Source: Patescibacteria group bacterium (GTDB lineage Bacteria; Patescibacteriota; Minisyncoccia; Phycocordibacterales; WO2-35-19). From it: a stretch of 64,000 bases of DNA. The stretch lies in NCBI GenBank assembly GCA_038064735.1, contig JBBTSI010000003.1, positions 90,525 through 154,524 on the forward strand, in the 5' to 3' direction. The notes beneath the pieces are model-generated. The model was not told the origin of the DNA, did no database searches, and worked only from the letters and a program-made list of their open reading frames with translations. Both the position numbers and the translations under genes were made by a program. Of this stretch, positions 1 to 9,431 are shown in pieces (the stretch's first letter is position 1; each line of letters opens with the position of its first letter).

Positions 1-1373
1 AAACAGAAAGGGATTTTGAGATTGGAAAATTGATACAAGAATTTGAAAATCTGCAAGAAGAAAAAAAGACGGTGACTATCGCTGGTCGAGTGATGGCTTT
101 GCGTACCCAAGGAGCTATCGCTTTTGTTGATCTTTTTGATGGGACAGGAAAGTTTCAAATATTTTTTAAAAAAGGTGAAAATATTTCTGAAAAAGATTTT
201 GATTTATTTATAGAAACTGCAGATATCGGGGATTTCATAGAAGCAACGGGAACGCTTTTCGTAACCAAGAGAGAAGAGAAAACTCTGGAAGTTTCCAAAT
301 GGAAAATGCTTACTAAAAGTTTGAGACCTTTGCCAGAAAAGTGGCATGGTCTCACTGATATGGAAGAGCGTTATCGCAGACGTTATTTGGATTTATTAAT
401 GAATGAAGAACTCAGGGACCTTATCGTTAAAAAATCACAGTTTTGGGATGTTGCCAGAAACTTCATGAAAGAAAGAGACTTTTTGGAAGTGGAAACACCA
501 ACTTTGGAAATTACTACTGGAGGTGCGGAAGCCAAACCTTTCAAAACCCATCACAATGATTTTGATTTGGATATGTATTTGCGAATTTCTGTTGGTGAAC
601 TTTGGCAAAAGCGACTTATGGCTGGTGGATTTCCCAAAACTTTTGAAATTGGTCGAATATACAGGAACGAAGGCACGTCTCCGGAACATTTGCAGGAATT
701 TACCAATTTGGAATTTTATTGGGGCTATGCTGATTATCGCGATGGTATGAAATTGGTCAAAGAAATGTATTTGGATATTGCCCAAAAAGTTTTTGGTAAA
801 ACTCAATTTGAAAATAATGGACATACTTTTGATTTAGCAGATGAATGGCAGGAAATTGATTACTCAAAAGAAATAGAAAAACAAACCGGTATCAATATTG
901 AAACAGCGAACGAGATTGAGATGAAAGCAAAATGTAGTGAACTCAAAATCACATACCAAGGAGAAAACAGGGAACGGCTCATAGATACTTTATGGAAATA
1001 TTGCAGGAAAAATATTTCAGGTCCGGCTTTCCTTATTAATCATCCAATTATCGTTGCACCACTGGCTAAAAGAATTCCGGGTAAAAATATTGCTCAAGAA
1101 TTTCAGCCAATTATTGCTGGCAGTGAAGTAGGTAGAGGTTATTCGGAGCTTAATGACCCTAGTGATCAAAGAGAGCGATTTGAAATTCAAGGTAGACTCA
1201 TGGAAGCCGGTGATGAAGAAGCGATGATGCCTGATTTGGAATTTGTAGAAATGTTGGAGTATGGTATGCCACCAACTTGTGGTTTTGGATTTGGTGAAAG
1301 ACTCTTTGCTATCCTTGCTGGCAAACCTTTGCGTGAACTTCAAACTTTCCCTCTTATGAGACCCAAAGATTAA
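1..1373 (+). CDS. lysS: Lysine--tRNA ligase, class II (5'-truncated by window edge)
   Basis: OB-fold N-terminus, RYRRRYLDL, FLEVETP, FEIGRIYRNEG, YGMPPTCGFGFG; frame is open back to the window start. Confidence 0.97.
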   Translation, partial: TERDFEIGKLIQEFENLQEEKKTVTIAGRVMALRTQGAIAFVDLFDGTGKFQIFFKKGENISEKDFDLFIETADIGDFIEATGTLFVTKREEKTLEVSKWKMLTKSLRPLPEKWHGLTDMEERYRRRYLDLLMNEELRDLIVKKSQFWDVARNFMKERDFLEVETPTLEITTGGAEAKPFKTHHNDFDLDMYLRISVGELWQKRLMAGGFPKTFEIGRIYRNEGTSPEHLQEFTNLEFYWGYADYRDGMKLVKEMYLDIAQKVFGKTQFENNGHTFDLADEWQEIDYSKEIEKQTGINIETANEIEMKAKCSELKITYQGENRERLIDTLWKYCRKNISGPAFLINHPIIVAPLAKRIPGKNIAQEFQPIIAGSEVGRGYSELNDPSDQRERFEIQGRLMEAGDEEAMMPDLEFVEMLEYGMPPTCGFGFGERLFAILAGKPLRELQTFPLMRPKD

Positions 1374-1387
1374 AAAATAAAGAACTT

Positions 1388-1430
1388 GCCCACACACTAT
1401 TTTAAAATAGTGTGTGGGCTTGTTTTTTTT
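1388..1430 (+). terminator. Intrinsic terminator after lysS
   Basis: GCCCACACACTATTTT/AAAATAGTGTGTGGGC inverted repeat followed by a T-run. Confidence 0.85.
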
Positions 1431-1539
1431 CTTCTAATGTGGTAGGAAGTAATAGGATTTTGTACGTTGACAATTAAATAGTAAGTCAACGTAATGTAAA
1501 AATTACAACAATCTAATTTCTTGAAAGGCAGGTAAAAAT

Positions 1540-2427
1540 ATGCGAAAAATGGGGATTTTCCTTGTTTTTTTGGTAATTTTGGCGTTTAGTGGTGTGATTT
1601 TGGCTAATGAACCACCAGAGGTAGTTCCTTCGGTGCCAGATCCATTACCTTTACGTAAGACTCATGTTGAAGGTAGTGGGCAGGGGATTGCATTATTTGA
1701 ACATGGTACCGATGTTACCGGTGGTTTCAGTGTTGGCAACAACTCTGGGGCATACAACGGCGATGGATCTTGTGACCCACTCGGACAACTTAATCTACTT
1801 GATTTTTCAAGTGGAGCTAGTAATCTAGGTGAAAAAAATGCCGATAGTTTTTCCAGTGTTTTTACTGATGCTAGAGTGAAAACTGTTGGTACATCAAATT
1901 CCGAAGGAAATATTCAAGCGTCTTTTAGACAGGCGAATTGGGCGGAGGTTGGCAATTCAGATGAAAATAATTTTTCGTTTGCTGGTAACAACACTGGCGG
2001 TGCGTTAGATATTTCACAGGAAAATCCCGAAGGGGACGTAGACCTGTGTGGTATCGGTGGGGCTGGTGGTAATTCCAATGTCTCAATGACGGAAACAGCA
2101 ACATCTAAAGAGGCTTACTCTCAAACATCTGGCGGTTCATTCGCTGAGACAAGTCCTGGTGACGGGACGCGTCTTGTTGATGGAAGCGGTGGAGTCAGTT
2201 TGGCGAGAGAGCTTGGCCAATCAAGTGATCCTGTTTACGCTTATGGTGGAGCAACTGGTTTATCTAATTATTCGGTTATAACCAATAATCCAACAGGAGC
2301 TGCAGGAACGGTCAACTTGACCGGTAATGTTGTATTAACACATGAGGGCAATTCGGTTACTTCAACTGTAAACCAGAGGTCTGGTGCCACAATAATTCCT
2401 TGTGGTGGAGATTCTTGTCCTCATTAA
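1540..2427 (+). CDS. Secreted Gly/Ser/Asn-rich hypothetical protein with about three internal beta-rich repeats
   Basis: Signal peptide (MRKMGIFLVFLVILAFSGVILA); recurring VEGSG/VDGSG and FSVGNNSG/FSFAGNNTG/YAYGGATG segments. Confidence 0.8.
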   Translation: MRKMGIFLVFLVILAFSGVILANEPPEVVPSVPDPLPLRKTHVEGSGQGIALFEHGTDVTGGFSVGNNSGAYNGDGSCDPLGQLNLLDFSSGASNLGEKNADSFSSVFTDARVKTVGTSNSEGNIQASFRQANWAEVGNSDENNFSFAGNNTGGALDISQENPEGDVDLCGIGGAGGNSNVSMTETATSKEAYSQTSGGSFAETSPGDGTRLVDGSGGVSLARELGQSSDPVYAYGGATGLSNYSVITNNPTGAAGTVNLTGNVVLTHEGNSVTSTVNQRSGATIIPCGGDSCPH

Positions 2428-2502
2428 CGTAACATGAAAATTTTGAGGAGTCCCCGAATTTATTTCGGGGACATTCCTCTCGAAAGGAGAAACAAAGTGA
2501 TT

Positions 2503-3834
2503 ATGAAAAAAGGTATCATTTTGTACTTTTTGTTTTTAACAACTTGTTGGTCGTTATTTGCTCAAGAAAGCAATCCGGCCAACAACGCCGATTCTGAATC
2601 AAATGCTGTAATCATTTTTAATGATAACAGCAAAAATACTTCTTTACCCGATCTTATTGGTGCGACACCTGGTGTTGCAGGAAGTTTATTACCTAATTAT
2701 TTCTATGAAAAAGGGGAATGGAAAATTTATTTTCCAGCTGTCTCCAATTTACAAGAAATGACTCGGGAACAAATTGGTAATATGATTGGGAGGCCTGTGA
2801 AAGTCAACAAAAAGGCCAAGATGTTATCCAATAATATGAGAAAAAAGGTTAAGGGGACAATTTACAAAAAAGGTAATTGTACTCAAAAACCTTTGTCTAT
2901 CCATTTAACCAACTATCCTATAAAAATGCATACTGAGCCTGGAGATGAAATTTGGGCTACTGTGATGATAGAGGGTGAACATGGTTGGCCAAGAGAAAAA
3001 TATCTAGCTATGGCTGATGCCTGGAGTTATGATGAAAATATCTGTTCTAATAGAGCATCGGTCATTACGATGGATTTGGCTGAAGGTGTCACCAGGGGCC
3101 GTTCAATCGGTTTTGGTGGTGCTGGGGCTACTCCAATAGATACTAGTGGCACTGCTGCTGCTGTTGGTGGATTTATTGGCACAAACAGAGGTAGAAGAGA
3201 AGTTAAACCGGTTTTTGAAGTAGCTTTCTTAAACGAGGGTCCCTTTTTAGCTACGGTCAAAAAAGACGACGATAATGGAGATGGATCTAAAAAGAATGTT
3301 TTAATTCCACCACTATCTTTATCGGAAAATCCAACGATGAGTTATTTGAAAAAGATGGCAGAAGACATGGCTGATATTGCAAAAAATCTCAGTATGCCAC
3401 CAGTCATCAACATCAATAACGTACCGGCAACGAATTTACCTCCTTTGTCTCCACCAGCTTTGCAACAAGCAGTGCAAATATCTGGTGATGACAAGCAATG
3501 TTCTGGTCTACCTCCGTTTGAAATATTATTTGATTTTAACAAATCAGATGTAAAAACGGAGTACTTATCAGACATAAGACGATTTTCTGAGTGGCAAAAG
3601 AGTCACAAAGGTTGTCGTCTGCAAGTTGAAGGTCATACCTGTTCCGTTGGCTCTATAAGTTATAATGCCAATTTGGCTCGCAACAGAGCAAAATCGGTTT
3701 ATGATTTGTTTGTGGCTGATGGTGTCACATTGGAACAATTTGTCTCTTTAAGTAAGGACAAAGCGACCAGTGAACGTAATCCAAAAGATCGCCGGGTGAT
3801 CGTCCGAATTATCGGCAATACATCCGGAAAATAG
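2503..3834 (+). CDS. Exported protein with C-terminal OmpA-like peptidoglycan-binding domain
   Basis: Signal peptide from MKKGII; ILFDFNKSDV...VEGHTCSVGSISYNANLARNRAKSV...DRRV; GAAAGGAG upstream favours a start near 2497-2503 over 2434. Confidence 0.85.
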   Translation: MKKGIILYFLFLTTCWSLFAQESNPANNADSESNAVIIFNDNSKNTSLPDLIGATPGVAGSLLPNYFYEKGEWKIYFPAVSNLQEMTREQIGNMIGRPVKVNKKAKMLSNNMRKKVKGTIYKKGNCTQKPLSIHLTNYPIKMHTEPGDEIWATVMIEGEHGWPREKYLAMADAWSYDENICSNRASVITMDLAEGVTRGRSIGFGGAGATPIDTSGTAAAVGGFIGTNRGRREVKPVFEVAFLNEGPFLATVKKDDDNGDGSKKNVLIPPLSLSENPTMSYLKKMAEDMADIAKNLSMPPVININNVPATNLPPLSPPALQQAVQISGDDKQCSGLPPFEILFDFNKSDVKTEYLSDIRRFSEWQKSHKGCRLQVEGHTCSVGSISYNANLARNRAKSVYDLFVADGVTLEQFVSLSKDKATSERNPKDRRVIVRIIGNTSGK

Positions 3835-3854
3835 TATGAACAAAAAAAACAATT

Positions 3855-3923
3855 TGGCGGGCCTCATATGAGGTCCGCCAGAAATTCCAGCTCGGATGAG
3901 CGGAATTCAAAGCCCGAATGGGC
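3855..3923 (+). repeat. Three tandem hairpins with C(RNAT)G tetraloops
   Basis: TGGCGGGCCTC-ATAT-GAGGTCCGCCA; AATTCCAGCTC-GGAT-GAGCGGAATT; GCCC-GAAT-GGGC. Confidence 0.8.
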
Positions 3924-3937
3924 AAAAAGGAGAAGAG

Positions 3938-4768
3938 ATGAAAAAGGCATTTTTGTTTTTATTTGTGGTAATGTTTGTTTTGATTAATGTTGTTATTGCC
4001 GGTGAAGCCGAGATCAAAGGCTACGAGCCCGGAAAATATTCAGCTTTAAAAAGCGATATTGCCAAACAGCTTTCGCAAAAAATTATCAGACCTCTACGAG
4101 AGGAATTTTCTCGGATCAAAGATGGTCAGATAGAAATTACAGTTGTGGGTTTTGCCGATAAAACTGGGATTTCAGCGGAAAATGAAAACCTTAGCAAAAA
4201 CAGAGCAGAAGAAGTTTCATCTGTTTTATCCGAAGAATTCCCGACTGCACACATCATCAAAAAAACTGGTGGTGATGAAGCAGATATTCGGATGGTGGTA
4301 GTAGAGTGGACAGTAAAACTTCCACTCCAAAATGGACAAATTCAAAAAAACTCGGCAGAGACGAAAAAACTATTTTCATCTCTATTTGCCAGATTTGTTG
4401 GTATAGCGATAGCTATAATCTTAATATGGATTGTTGTGTTTGTTTCCAGACCGAAGAAATCTAAAAAATCTGTCGTTCTGGATAAAGATCAACCTTCCGC
4501 TTTCAAAGAAGTGGTAAAGTTGGTGGAAGTGTCTTGTGGAGAAGAGCTGTATTCCATACCTGTGACTCTAAAAGCAGATGGAAAATGGCACTCAGCCATT
4601 CCGGATATGAGTGATCCAGACAAGTATTTATTCGGGGAAAGTCTCGGAGATCTGGTTAATATGCTGAGGCGCTGTTCGAAGGATAAAAGAAGATTCTTTT
4701 ATGGTCCAAAATTCGAAAATTTTGCCAAAAAAGGAATCATAAAAAAATGGAAAATAGAAAAGGAGTGA
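3938..4768 (+). CDS. Membrane-anchored OmpA-like domain protein
   Basis: Signal peptide MKKAFLFL; ITVVGFADKTG...NENLSKNRAEEV OmpA-like motif; TM helix FVGIAIAIILIWIVVFV; SD AAGGAG before the ATG at 3938. Confidence 0.8.
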   Translation: MKKAFLFLFVVMFVLINVVIAGEAEIKGYEPGKYSALKSDIAKQLSQKIIRPLREEFSRIKDGQIEITVVGFADKTGISAENENLSKNRAEEVSSVLSEEFPTAHIIKKTGGDEADIRMVVVEWTVKLPLQNGQIQKNSAETKKLFSSLFARFVGIAIAIILIWIVVFVSRPKKSKKSVVLDKDQPSAFKEVVKLVEVSCGEELYSIPVTLKADGKWHSAIPDMSDPDKYLFGESLGDLVNMLRRCSKDKRRFFYGPKFENFAKKGIIKKWKIEKE

Positions 4769-4771
4769 ATC

Positions 4772-5380
4772 ATGATAACTGATAGGATTTGGAAGTATAT
4801 GTTTTTTTGTTTGACAATCATTATCTTAGCCGGTTGTGCGTTTTTATTTTCGGACAATCGTACTACCGATCAGAAAATTGTTAATCCGAAAATCAAAATT
4901 GATATCCAACAAAAGGCCAAGGTCGAATCCAAAGAAGACTTTTTGGTAAAAAAGATTAATTTGGCGACGGTTGGCAAAGGTGAAGGCATAGAACATGCTT
5001 TCATCCGGCAGCTTATTGCCAATCCTGCACAGTTTGGATTTGAAGGATATGTTAGTAATACTGTCTTGGTAAAAAAATGGGCACAAAAAGAGGCCCACAA
5101 GATTGCCATCTGCGCCGGTTTCTTTGATTGGAAGTTTGGTGGCGAAATCAGGGTAAGAAAATCTGATACAGTGGCGTATGTTCTTTCTAGAAATACTTCC
5201 GGTATTTCTGTTGAAGAGTTTGTGAAAGGTGATAATGGTTTTTCTCAGTATGCACAGGACATACAAGAAATCACAGACTCTTATACACAAGCTAAATTTC
5301 TTGCTCATGAGGACGAGGCTGGAAATTTTGTAGCTTCATCGTCTTATGAGTACTTTCAGCTGCCGATAACGCAGCAATAG
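4772..5380 (+). CDS. Hypothetical protein with N-terminal membrane anchor
   Basis: 202-aa ORF, SD AAGGAG, hydrophobic N-terminus, last gene of the operon. Confidence 0.75.
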   Translation: MITDRIWKYMFFCLTIIILAGCAFLFSDNRTTDQKIVNPKIKIDIQQKAKVESKEDFLVKKINLATVGKGEGIEHAFIRQLIANPAQFGFEGYVSNTVLVKKWAQKEAHKIAICAGFFDWKFGGEIRVRKSDTVAYVLSRNTSGISVEEFVKGDNGFSQYAQDIQEITDSYTQAKFLAHEDEAGNFVASSSYEYFQLPITQQ

Positions 5381-5445
5381 AAATTTGTTCTTTCGCGTTT
5401 TATTGATTATCAATCTTTGTTAATTTAAAAATGTAATTTTTGTTT

Positions 5446-5638
5446 TTTAGACGGTTGCTCGTATGAGTGCCGAAAAAAGGAGTCCGTATGGATTCTTGTT
5501 CAAATGTCCGAATGGATTTTGAACCGCTCGTATGAGCGTCTGGAAAACTTAAAAAGCTTTTGAAAATTAGCAAAAGATTTGTCTAGTTGCAGGAAGCGCA
5601 ACAAAGGGGGCAGGATTTCCAAATCCGCCCCTTTTTTA
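5446..5638 (+). ncRNA. Candidate structured RNA or 3' UTR: four C(GWAT)G-loop hairpins followed by a terminator
   Basis: GCTC-GTAT-GAGT, GAGTCC-GTAT-GGATTC, GTTCAAATGTCC-GAAT-GGATTTTGAAC, CGCTC-GTAT-GAGCG; GC-rich hairpin plus T-run at about 5604-5638. Confidence 0.5.
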
Positions 5639-5673
5639 GTGCCTAAATTTATAGATAAAATCGACTTATGCAC

Positions 5674-5682
5674 TTATCCACA
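5674..5682 (+). promoter_or_regulatory. Perfect DnaA box upstream of mraZ
   Basis: TTATCCACA. Confidence 0.55.
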
Positions 5683-5711
5683 GTAACAAAGTGGTATACA
5701 AAGATATCATA

Positions 5712-5746
5712 GTGGTATAAAATGGTTTCAAGTGGGAAAAAGTGGG
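5712..5746 (+). promoter_or_regulatory. MraZ operator (RTGG boxes at 10-bp spacing)
   Basis: GTGG 5712, ATGG 5722, GTGGG 5732, GTGGG 5742 upstream of mraZ; matches the known MraZ binding repeats. Confidence 0.8.
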
Positions 5747-5854
5747 GCTTATTTTTAGGGAGCGGAGCGACCATAAAAATAGCCTGCAAAATTAATTGAA
5801 AATTAATTTTGTGCAGAGGTTCAATATTATTCGCTTCGATTAAGACTTGCTCAC

Positions 5855-6292
5855 ATGCTCATAGGAGAATACACGCATACTATAGACGACAAGAACAGAG
5901 TTTCTCTGCCGTCTAAGTTTCGTTCTCTCATGGGCAAGAAGATTGTGATAACGCCGGGTTTGGATCAGTGTCTGTTTGCTTTCACTGTAAAGGAGTGGGA
6001 AAAGATTGCTGGCAGGCTTAGTGAAAATGCTTCGATGCTTTCTGCTGACATGCGTAGCTTCACCAGATATATGTTTGGCGGAGCCAGTGAAGTAGAAGTA
6101 GATAATATCGGACGAGTTTTGGTTCCGGATTTCCTAAGGGAGCGTGCCAACCTCAAAACCAAAGTGGTTTTGATTGGAGTACAAAACCGAGTGGAAATAT
6201 GGAACGAAAAATCGTGGACCGATTATAAGAGACAAGTGGAGAAACAAGCCGATGGCTTGGCCGAAAAATTATCAGGCCTAGGCATAATGTAA
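5855..6292 (+). CDS. mraZ: Division/cell wall cluster transcriptional repressor MraZ
   Basis: GEYTHTIDDKNRVSLPSKFR, VDNIGRVLVP, IGVQNRVEIW. Confidence 0.97.
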   Translation: MLIGEYTHTIDDKNRVSLPSKFRSLMGKKIVITPGLDQCLFAFTVKEWEKIAGRLSENASMLSADMRSFTRYMFGGASEVEVDNIGRVLVPDFLRERANLKTKVVLIGVQNRVEIWNEKSWTDYKRQVEKQADGLAEKLSGLGIM

Positions 6293-6302
6293 AGCCACAT
6301 TT

Positions 6303-7202
6303 ATGGCTCACGAAAGTGTTCTTTTAAAAGAAGTAATAGAAGGTCTTTCATTCCAAGATGGAGACATATATCTGGATGCTACTGTTGGTAGTGGCGGACA
6401 TATGGAAGCTGTTTGGAAAAAAATGAAAGAAAGGGTGACTCTTTGCGGTATTGACGCAGACGAAACTTCTATCTCAATAGCCAGAGAAAAATTGGATCTA
6501 TCAGGCGCTAAACCGAAACTTTCCGTACTTAATTTCAGAAATATTGATAAAGCACCGGAAATATTCGGAATTTCTGCCCCGACAAAAATACTTTTTGATC
6601 TTGGTTGGAGCAGAGATCAGTTTGATGAAGGAGGCAGGGGTTTTAGTTTTCAAAAAGACGAACCGCTGGTCATGACTTTCAAAGATAATCCCGACGAAGA
6701 CGACACTACCGCTTATGATGTGGTGAACGAATGGAGTGAAGAAAATCTGGCCGATGTGATATTTGGTTACGGTGAAGAGAAGTATGCCAGAAGAATTGCC
6801 AAAGCCATAGTGAAGGAAAGAGCTTTGAGACCGATAAAGACTTCAAAAGTGCTGGCCGAAATCGTGAAAGCTTCCGTCCCTGTATTTTACCGATTTGGCA
6901 GGATTCATCCCGCTACCAAGACTTTCCAAGCCATCCGGATAGCAGTCAACGATGAACTGAAGGCTTTGGAGGAAGGGGTAAGGAAAGGGTTTGGAATTTT
7001 GGATAAAGAAGGGTTACTCGCAGTGATTTCCTTTCATAGTTTGGAAGACAGGATAGTTAAGAGATTTTTTAAGACACTTGTCTCTGAAGAAAAGGCGCAA
7101 CTTATCAATAAAAAACCCATTATCGCAAGTGAAGAAGAATTAAATATCAATCCAAGGGCCAGAAGCGCAAAATTAAGAATCATTCAAAAAATTTCAGAAT
7201 AA
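6303..7202 (+). CDS. rsmH: 16S rRNA C1402 N4-methyltransferase
   Basis: HESVLLKEV, DATVGSGGH, HPATKTFQAIRIAVN, FHSLEDRIVK, NPRARSAKLR. Confidence 0.97.
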   Translation: MAHESVLLKEVIEGLSFQDGDIYLDATVGSGGHMEAVWKKMKERVTLCGIDADETSISIAREKLDLSGAKPKLSVLNFRNIDKAPEIFGISAPTKILFDLGWSRDQFDEGGRGFSFQKDEPLVMTFKDNPDEDDTTAYDVVNEWSEENLADVIFGYGEEKYARRIAKAIVKERALRPIKTSKVLAEIVKASVPVFYRFGRIHPATKTFQAIRIAVNDELKALEEGVRKGFGILDKEGLLAVISFHSLEDRIVKRFFKTLVSEEKAQLINKKPIIASEEELNINPRARSAKLRIIQKISE

Positions 7203-7212
7203 AAGCAAAAAT

Positions 7213-7539
7213 ATGATTAATATAATAAAACAAAAAGCTGAAGTGATGGTGATGCATAGAGCCACCAAATATGCTCTCATATTCTTTATTTTTGCTGCCA
7301 CTATATTTTATATGTATTTCGTCAATCTCACTGTCCGCACTTTGACTGTGCTTGAAAGAACTAAAGATCAGATGCAATCTTTAAGTGTTTTGGTTAGTGA
7401 AATGGAATCAAAGCGTCTGAGTATTGAAAACAGTGTTAGTACCGAAAAAGCCCTTAATGCTGGTTTTGTGGAAGTAAACAATCCTATATTTATAATGAGA
7501 AATCAAAGTGGAGTTACACTTTCTCTCAAAACAGATTAA
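7213..7539 (+). CDS. FtsL-like bitopic cell division protein
   Basis: Single TM helix plus coiled coil, located between rsmH and ftsI. Confidence 0.65.
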   Translation: MINIIKQKAEVMVMHRATKYALIFFIFAATIFYMYFVNLTVRTLTVLERTKDQMQSLSVLVSEMESKRLSIENSVSTEKALNAGFVEVNNPIFIMRNQSGVTLSLKTD

Positions 7540-7548
7540 AATATAGAA

Positions 7549-9270
7549 ATGATTGGGAGGATTCGATTTTTATCCGTTATCATAATTCTGGTAGCGCTCA
7601 CGATGTGTGTGCGCTTATATTTCGTGCAAATAGTATATGGAAATTATTTCGTCTCTCAAGCTGAAAGGCAAAATATAAATGATAATACTATTTCATATAA
7701 CCGAGGAGAGATTTATTTTCAAAATCAAGCCGGGGAAGAAATACCAGCTGCCATTTCGAGGACTGGTTTTACCGTAGCTATAAATCCGCAGATTATGAAA
7801 GACCCAGAAGAGGTTTACAAAAGTCTAAGTACAATTTTGGCTTTGGATAGAGCTGAGTTTATGGCTAAAGCCGAGAAAAAAAATCATGTCTATGATGAAA
7901 TTGTCCAACATTTAAATTCGGAAACAGCTGACAAAATAAAAGCTCTCAATCTTTATGGTGTCACTATGTCTACTGATAAATGGCGTTTTTATCCGGGGAA
8001 TTCTTTAGCTTCAAATGTTATCGGTTTCGTGGGGTTCAATGGCGATCAGTTGGCTGGCCGTTATGGTCTTGAGAGATATTATGAAGATGTTCTCAAAATA
8101 GATCCTTCCAAAGCTTACAACAATTTTTTTGCCGAGTTTTTTTCAAATGTTAAAGAAACTTTAAGTGATTTTCCTCAACAAGAAGGTAATATTATTACTA
8201 CCATTGAACCTTCAGTACAGCTTTTTATCGAAAATGAATTAAAAGATACTCGAGACAAATGGGGAAGCAACGAAGCCGGTGGAATTATCATAGACCCAAT
8301 GAGTGGAGAAATAGTCGCCATGGCTTGGTCTCCATCTTTTGATTTAAATAATTTCAAAGAGAGTGATGTTAGTCTTTTTGGTAATCCAATAGTTGAAGGC
8401 AGATACGAAATGGGTTCAATTGTGAAAGCTTTGACTATGTCTATCGGTCTTGATACAGGTAGCGTCACTGCCAAATCAACTTATTATGATACCGGCTGTA
8501 CTACTCTCAATAGCAAGAAAATTTGTAATTATGATGGTGTCGCCAGAGGTACCATACCAATGCAACAAGTCTTGAATCAATCGCTCAATGTTGGTTCGGC
8601 TCATGTAGCACTCACCGTCGGTAAAACAAAATTTGCCGAATATATGAAAAATTTTGGCGTGGGTACGGAGACAGGCATTGATTTGCCAAATGAAGGCTTG
8701 GGCTTAATAAGCAACTTGGATACTGGTAGGGATATTGAAACGGCTACAGCCGCTTATGGTCAAGGTGTGGCTTTCACCCCCATTGCCACTGTGCGGGCGC
8801 TTTCTGCTCTAGCCAATGGCGGTGTTCTTATCACTCCTCACATAGTTAAAAAAATAGAATATCAAAATGGCTTGACCAAAAAAATGTCTTTTGCTCCTGG
8901 TAAGCAAGTTATCAAACCGGAAACTTCAGTAGAAATAACGAGAATGCTCATCAATGTGGTTGACGTGGCTCTGCGCGGTGGCACTGCCAAAATTCCCGGT
9001 TATTCGGTGGCCGCTAAGACCGGCACCGCCCAAATGACTGACGAAGGTCGGCCGGGTTATGTGGAAGGGAAGTACTTACACTCTTTCTTTGGATATTTTC
9101 CAGCTTACAATCCAAAATATTTGGTTTTTCTTTTTCATACTTATCCTAAGGAAGTTAAATATGCTTCCGAAACTTTGACTGATCCATTCCTCAACATCAC
9201 CAAATTCCTTATCAACTATTACCAAATCCCGCCTGATAGGCCGGAAGATGTGACTGTAAAAACTCAATAA
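7549..9270 (+). CDS. ftsI: Class B penicillin-binding protein (FtsI-like transpeptidase)
   Basis: RFYP, YGLE, GSIVK (SxxK), SLN (SxN), KTGTAQ; dcw context. Confidence 0.92.
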   Translation: MIGRIRFLSVIIILVALTMCVRLYFVQIVYGNYFVSQAERQNINDNTISYNRGEIYFQNQAGEEIPAAISRTGFTVAINPQIMKDPEEVYKSLSTILALDRAEFMAKAEKKNHVYDEIVQHLNSETADKIKALNLYGVTMSTDKWRFYPGNSLASNVIGFVGFNGDQLAGRYGLERYYEDVLKIDPSKAYNNFFAEFFSNVKETLSDFPQQEGNIITTIEPSVQLFIENELKDTRDKWGSNEAGGIIIDPMSGEIVAMAWSPSFDLNNFKESDVSLFGNPIVEGRYEMGSIVKALTMSIGLDTGSVTAKSTYYDTGCTTLNSKKICNYDGVARGTIPMQQVLNQSLNVGSAHVALTVGKTKFAEYMKNFGVGTETGIDLPNEGLGLISNLDTGRDIETATAAYGQGVAFTPIATVRALSALANGGVLITPHIVKKIEYQNGLTKKMSFAPGKQVIKPETSVEITRMLINVVDVALRGGTAKIPGYSVAAKTGTAQMTDEGRPGYVEGKYLHSFFGYFPAYNPKYLVFLFHTYPKEVKYASETLTDPFLNITKFLINYYQIPPDRPEDVTVKTQ

Positions 9271-9294
9271 ATTGTGCTATATTTTTGCGGTAAT

Positions 9295-9366
9295 GGCCCT
9301 ATCGTCTAACGGTTAGGACATTGCCTTCTCAAGGCAAGAATCAGAGTTCGATTCTCTGTAGGGTCA
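9295..9366 (+). tRNA. tRNA-Glu(CTC)
   Basis: Acceptor GGCCCTA/TAGGGTC, anticodon arm TTGCC-TTCTCAA-GGCAA, GTTCGATTC T-loop; CCA not encoded. Confidence 0.93.
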
Positions 9367-9431
9367 CAGCAAAATTTGATTACTTTCTATTAACTTATGT
9401 TATAGTCAGGATAGAAGAAAGCGAGGCGTGT

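Noticed and set aside
5446-5544. CRISPR array or tRNA interpretation of the four-hairpin cluster
   Set aside because: No identical repeats with unique spacers, no cas genes, and no D/T-loop or 7-nt anticodon loop
9321-9431. N-terminal part of ORF 9321..9680
   Set aside because: Overlaps tRNA-Glu; the ATG at 9432 has the SD
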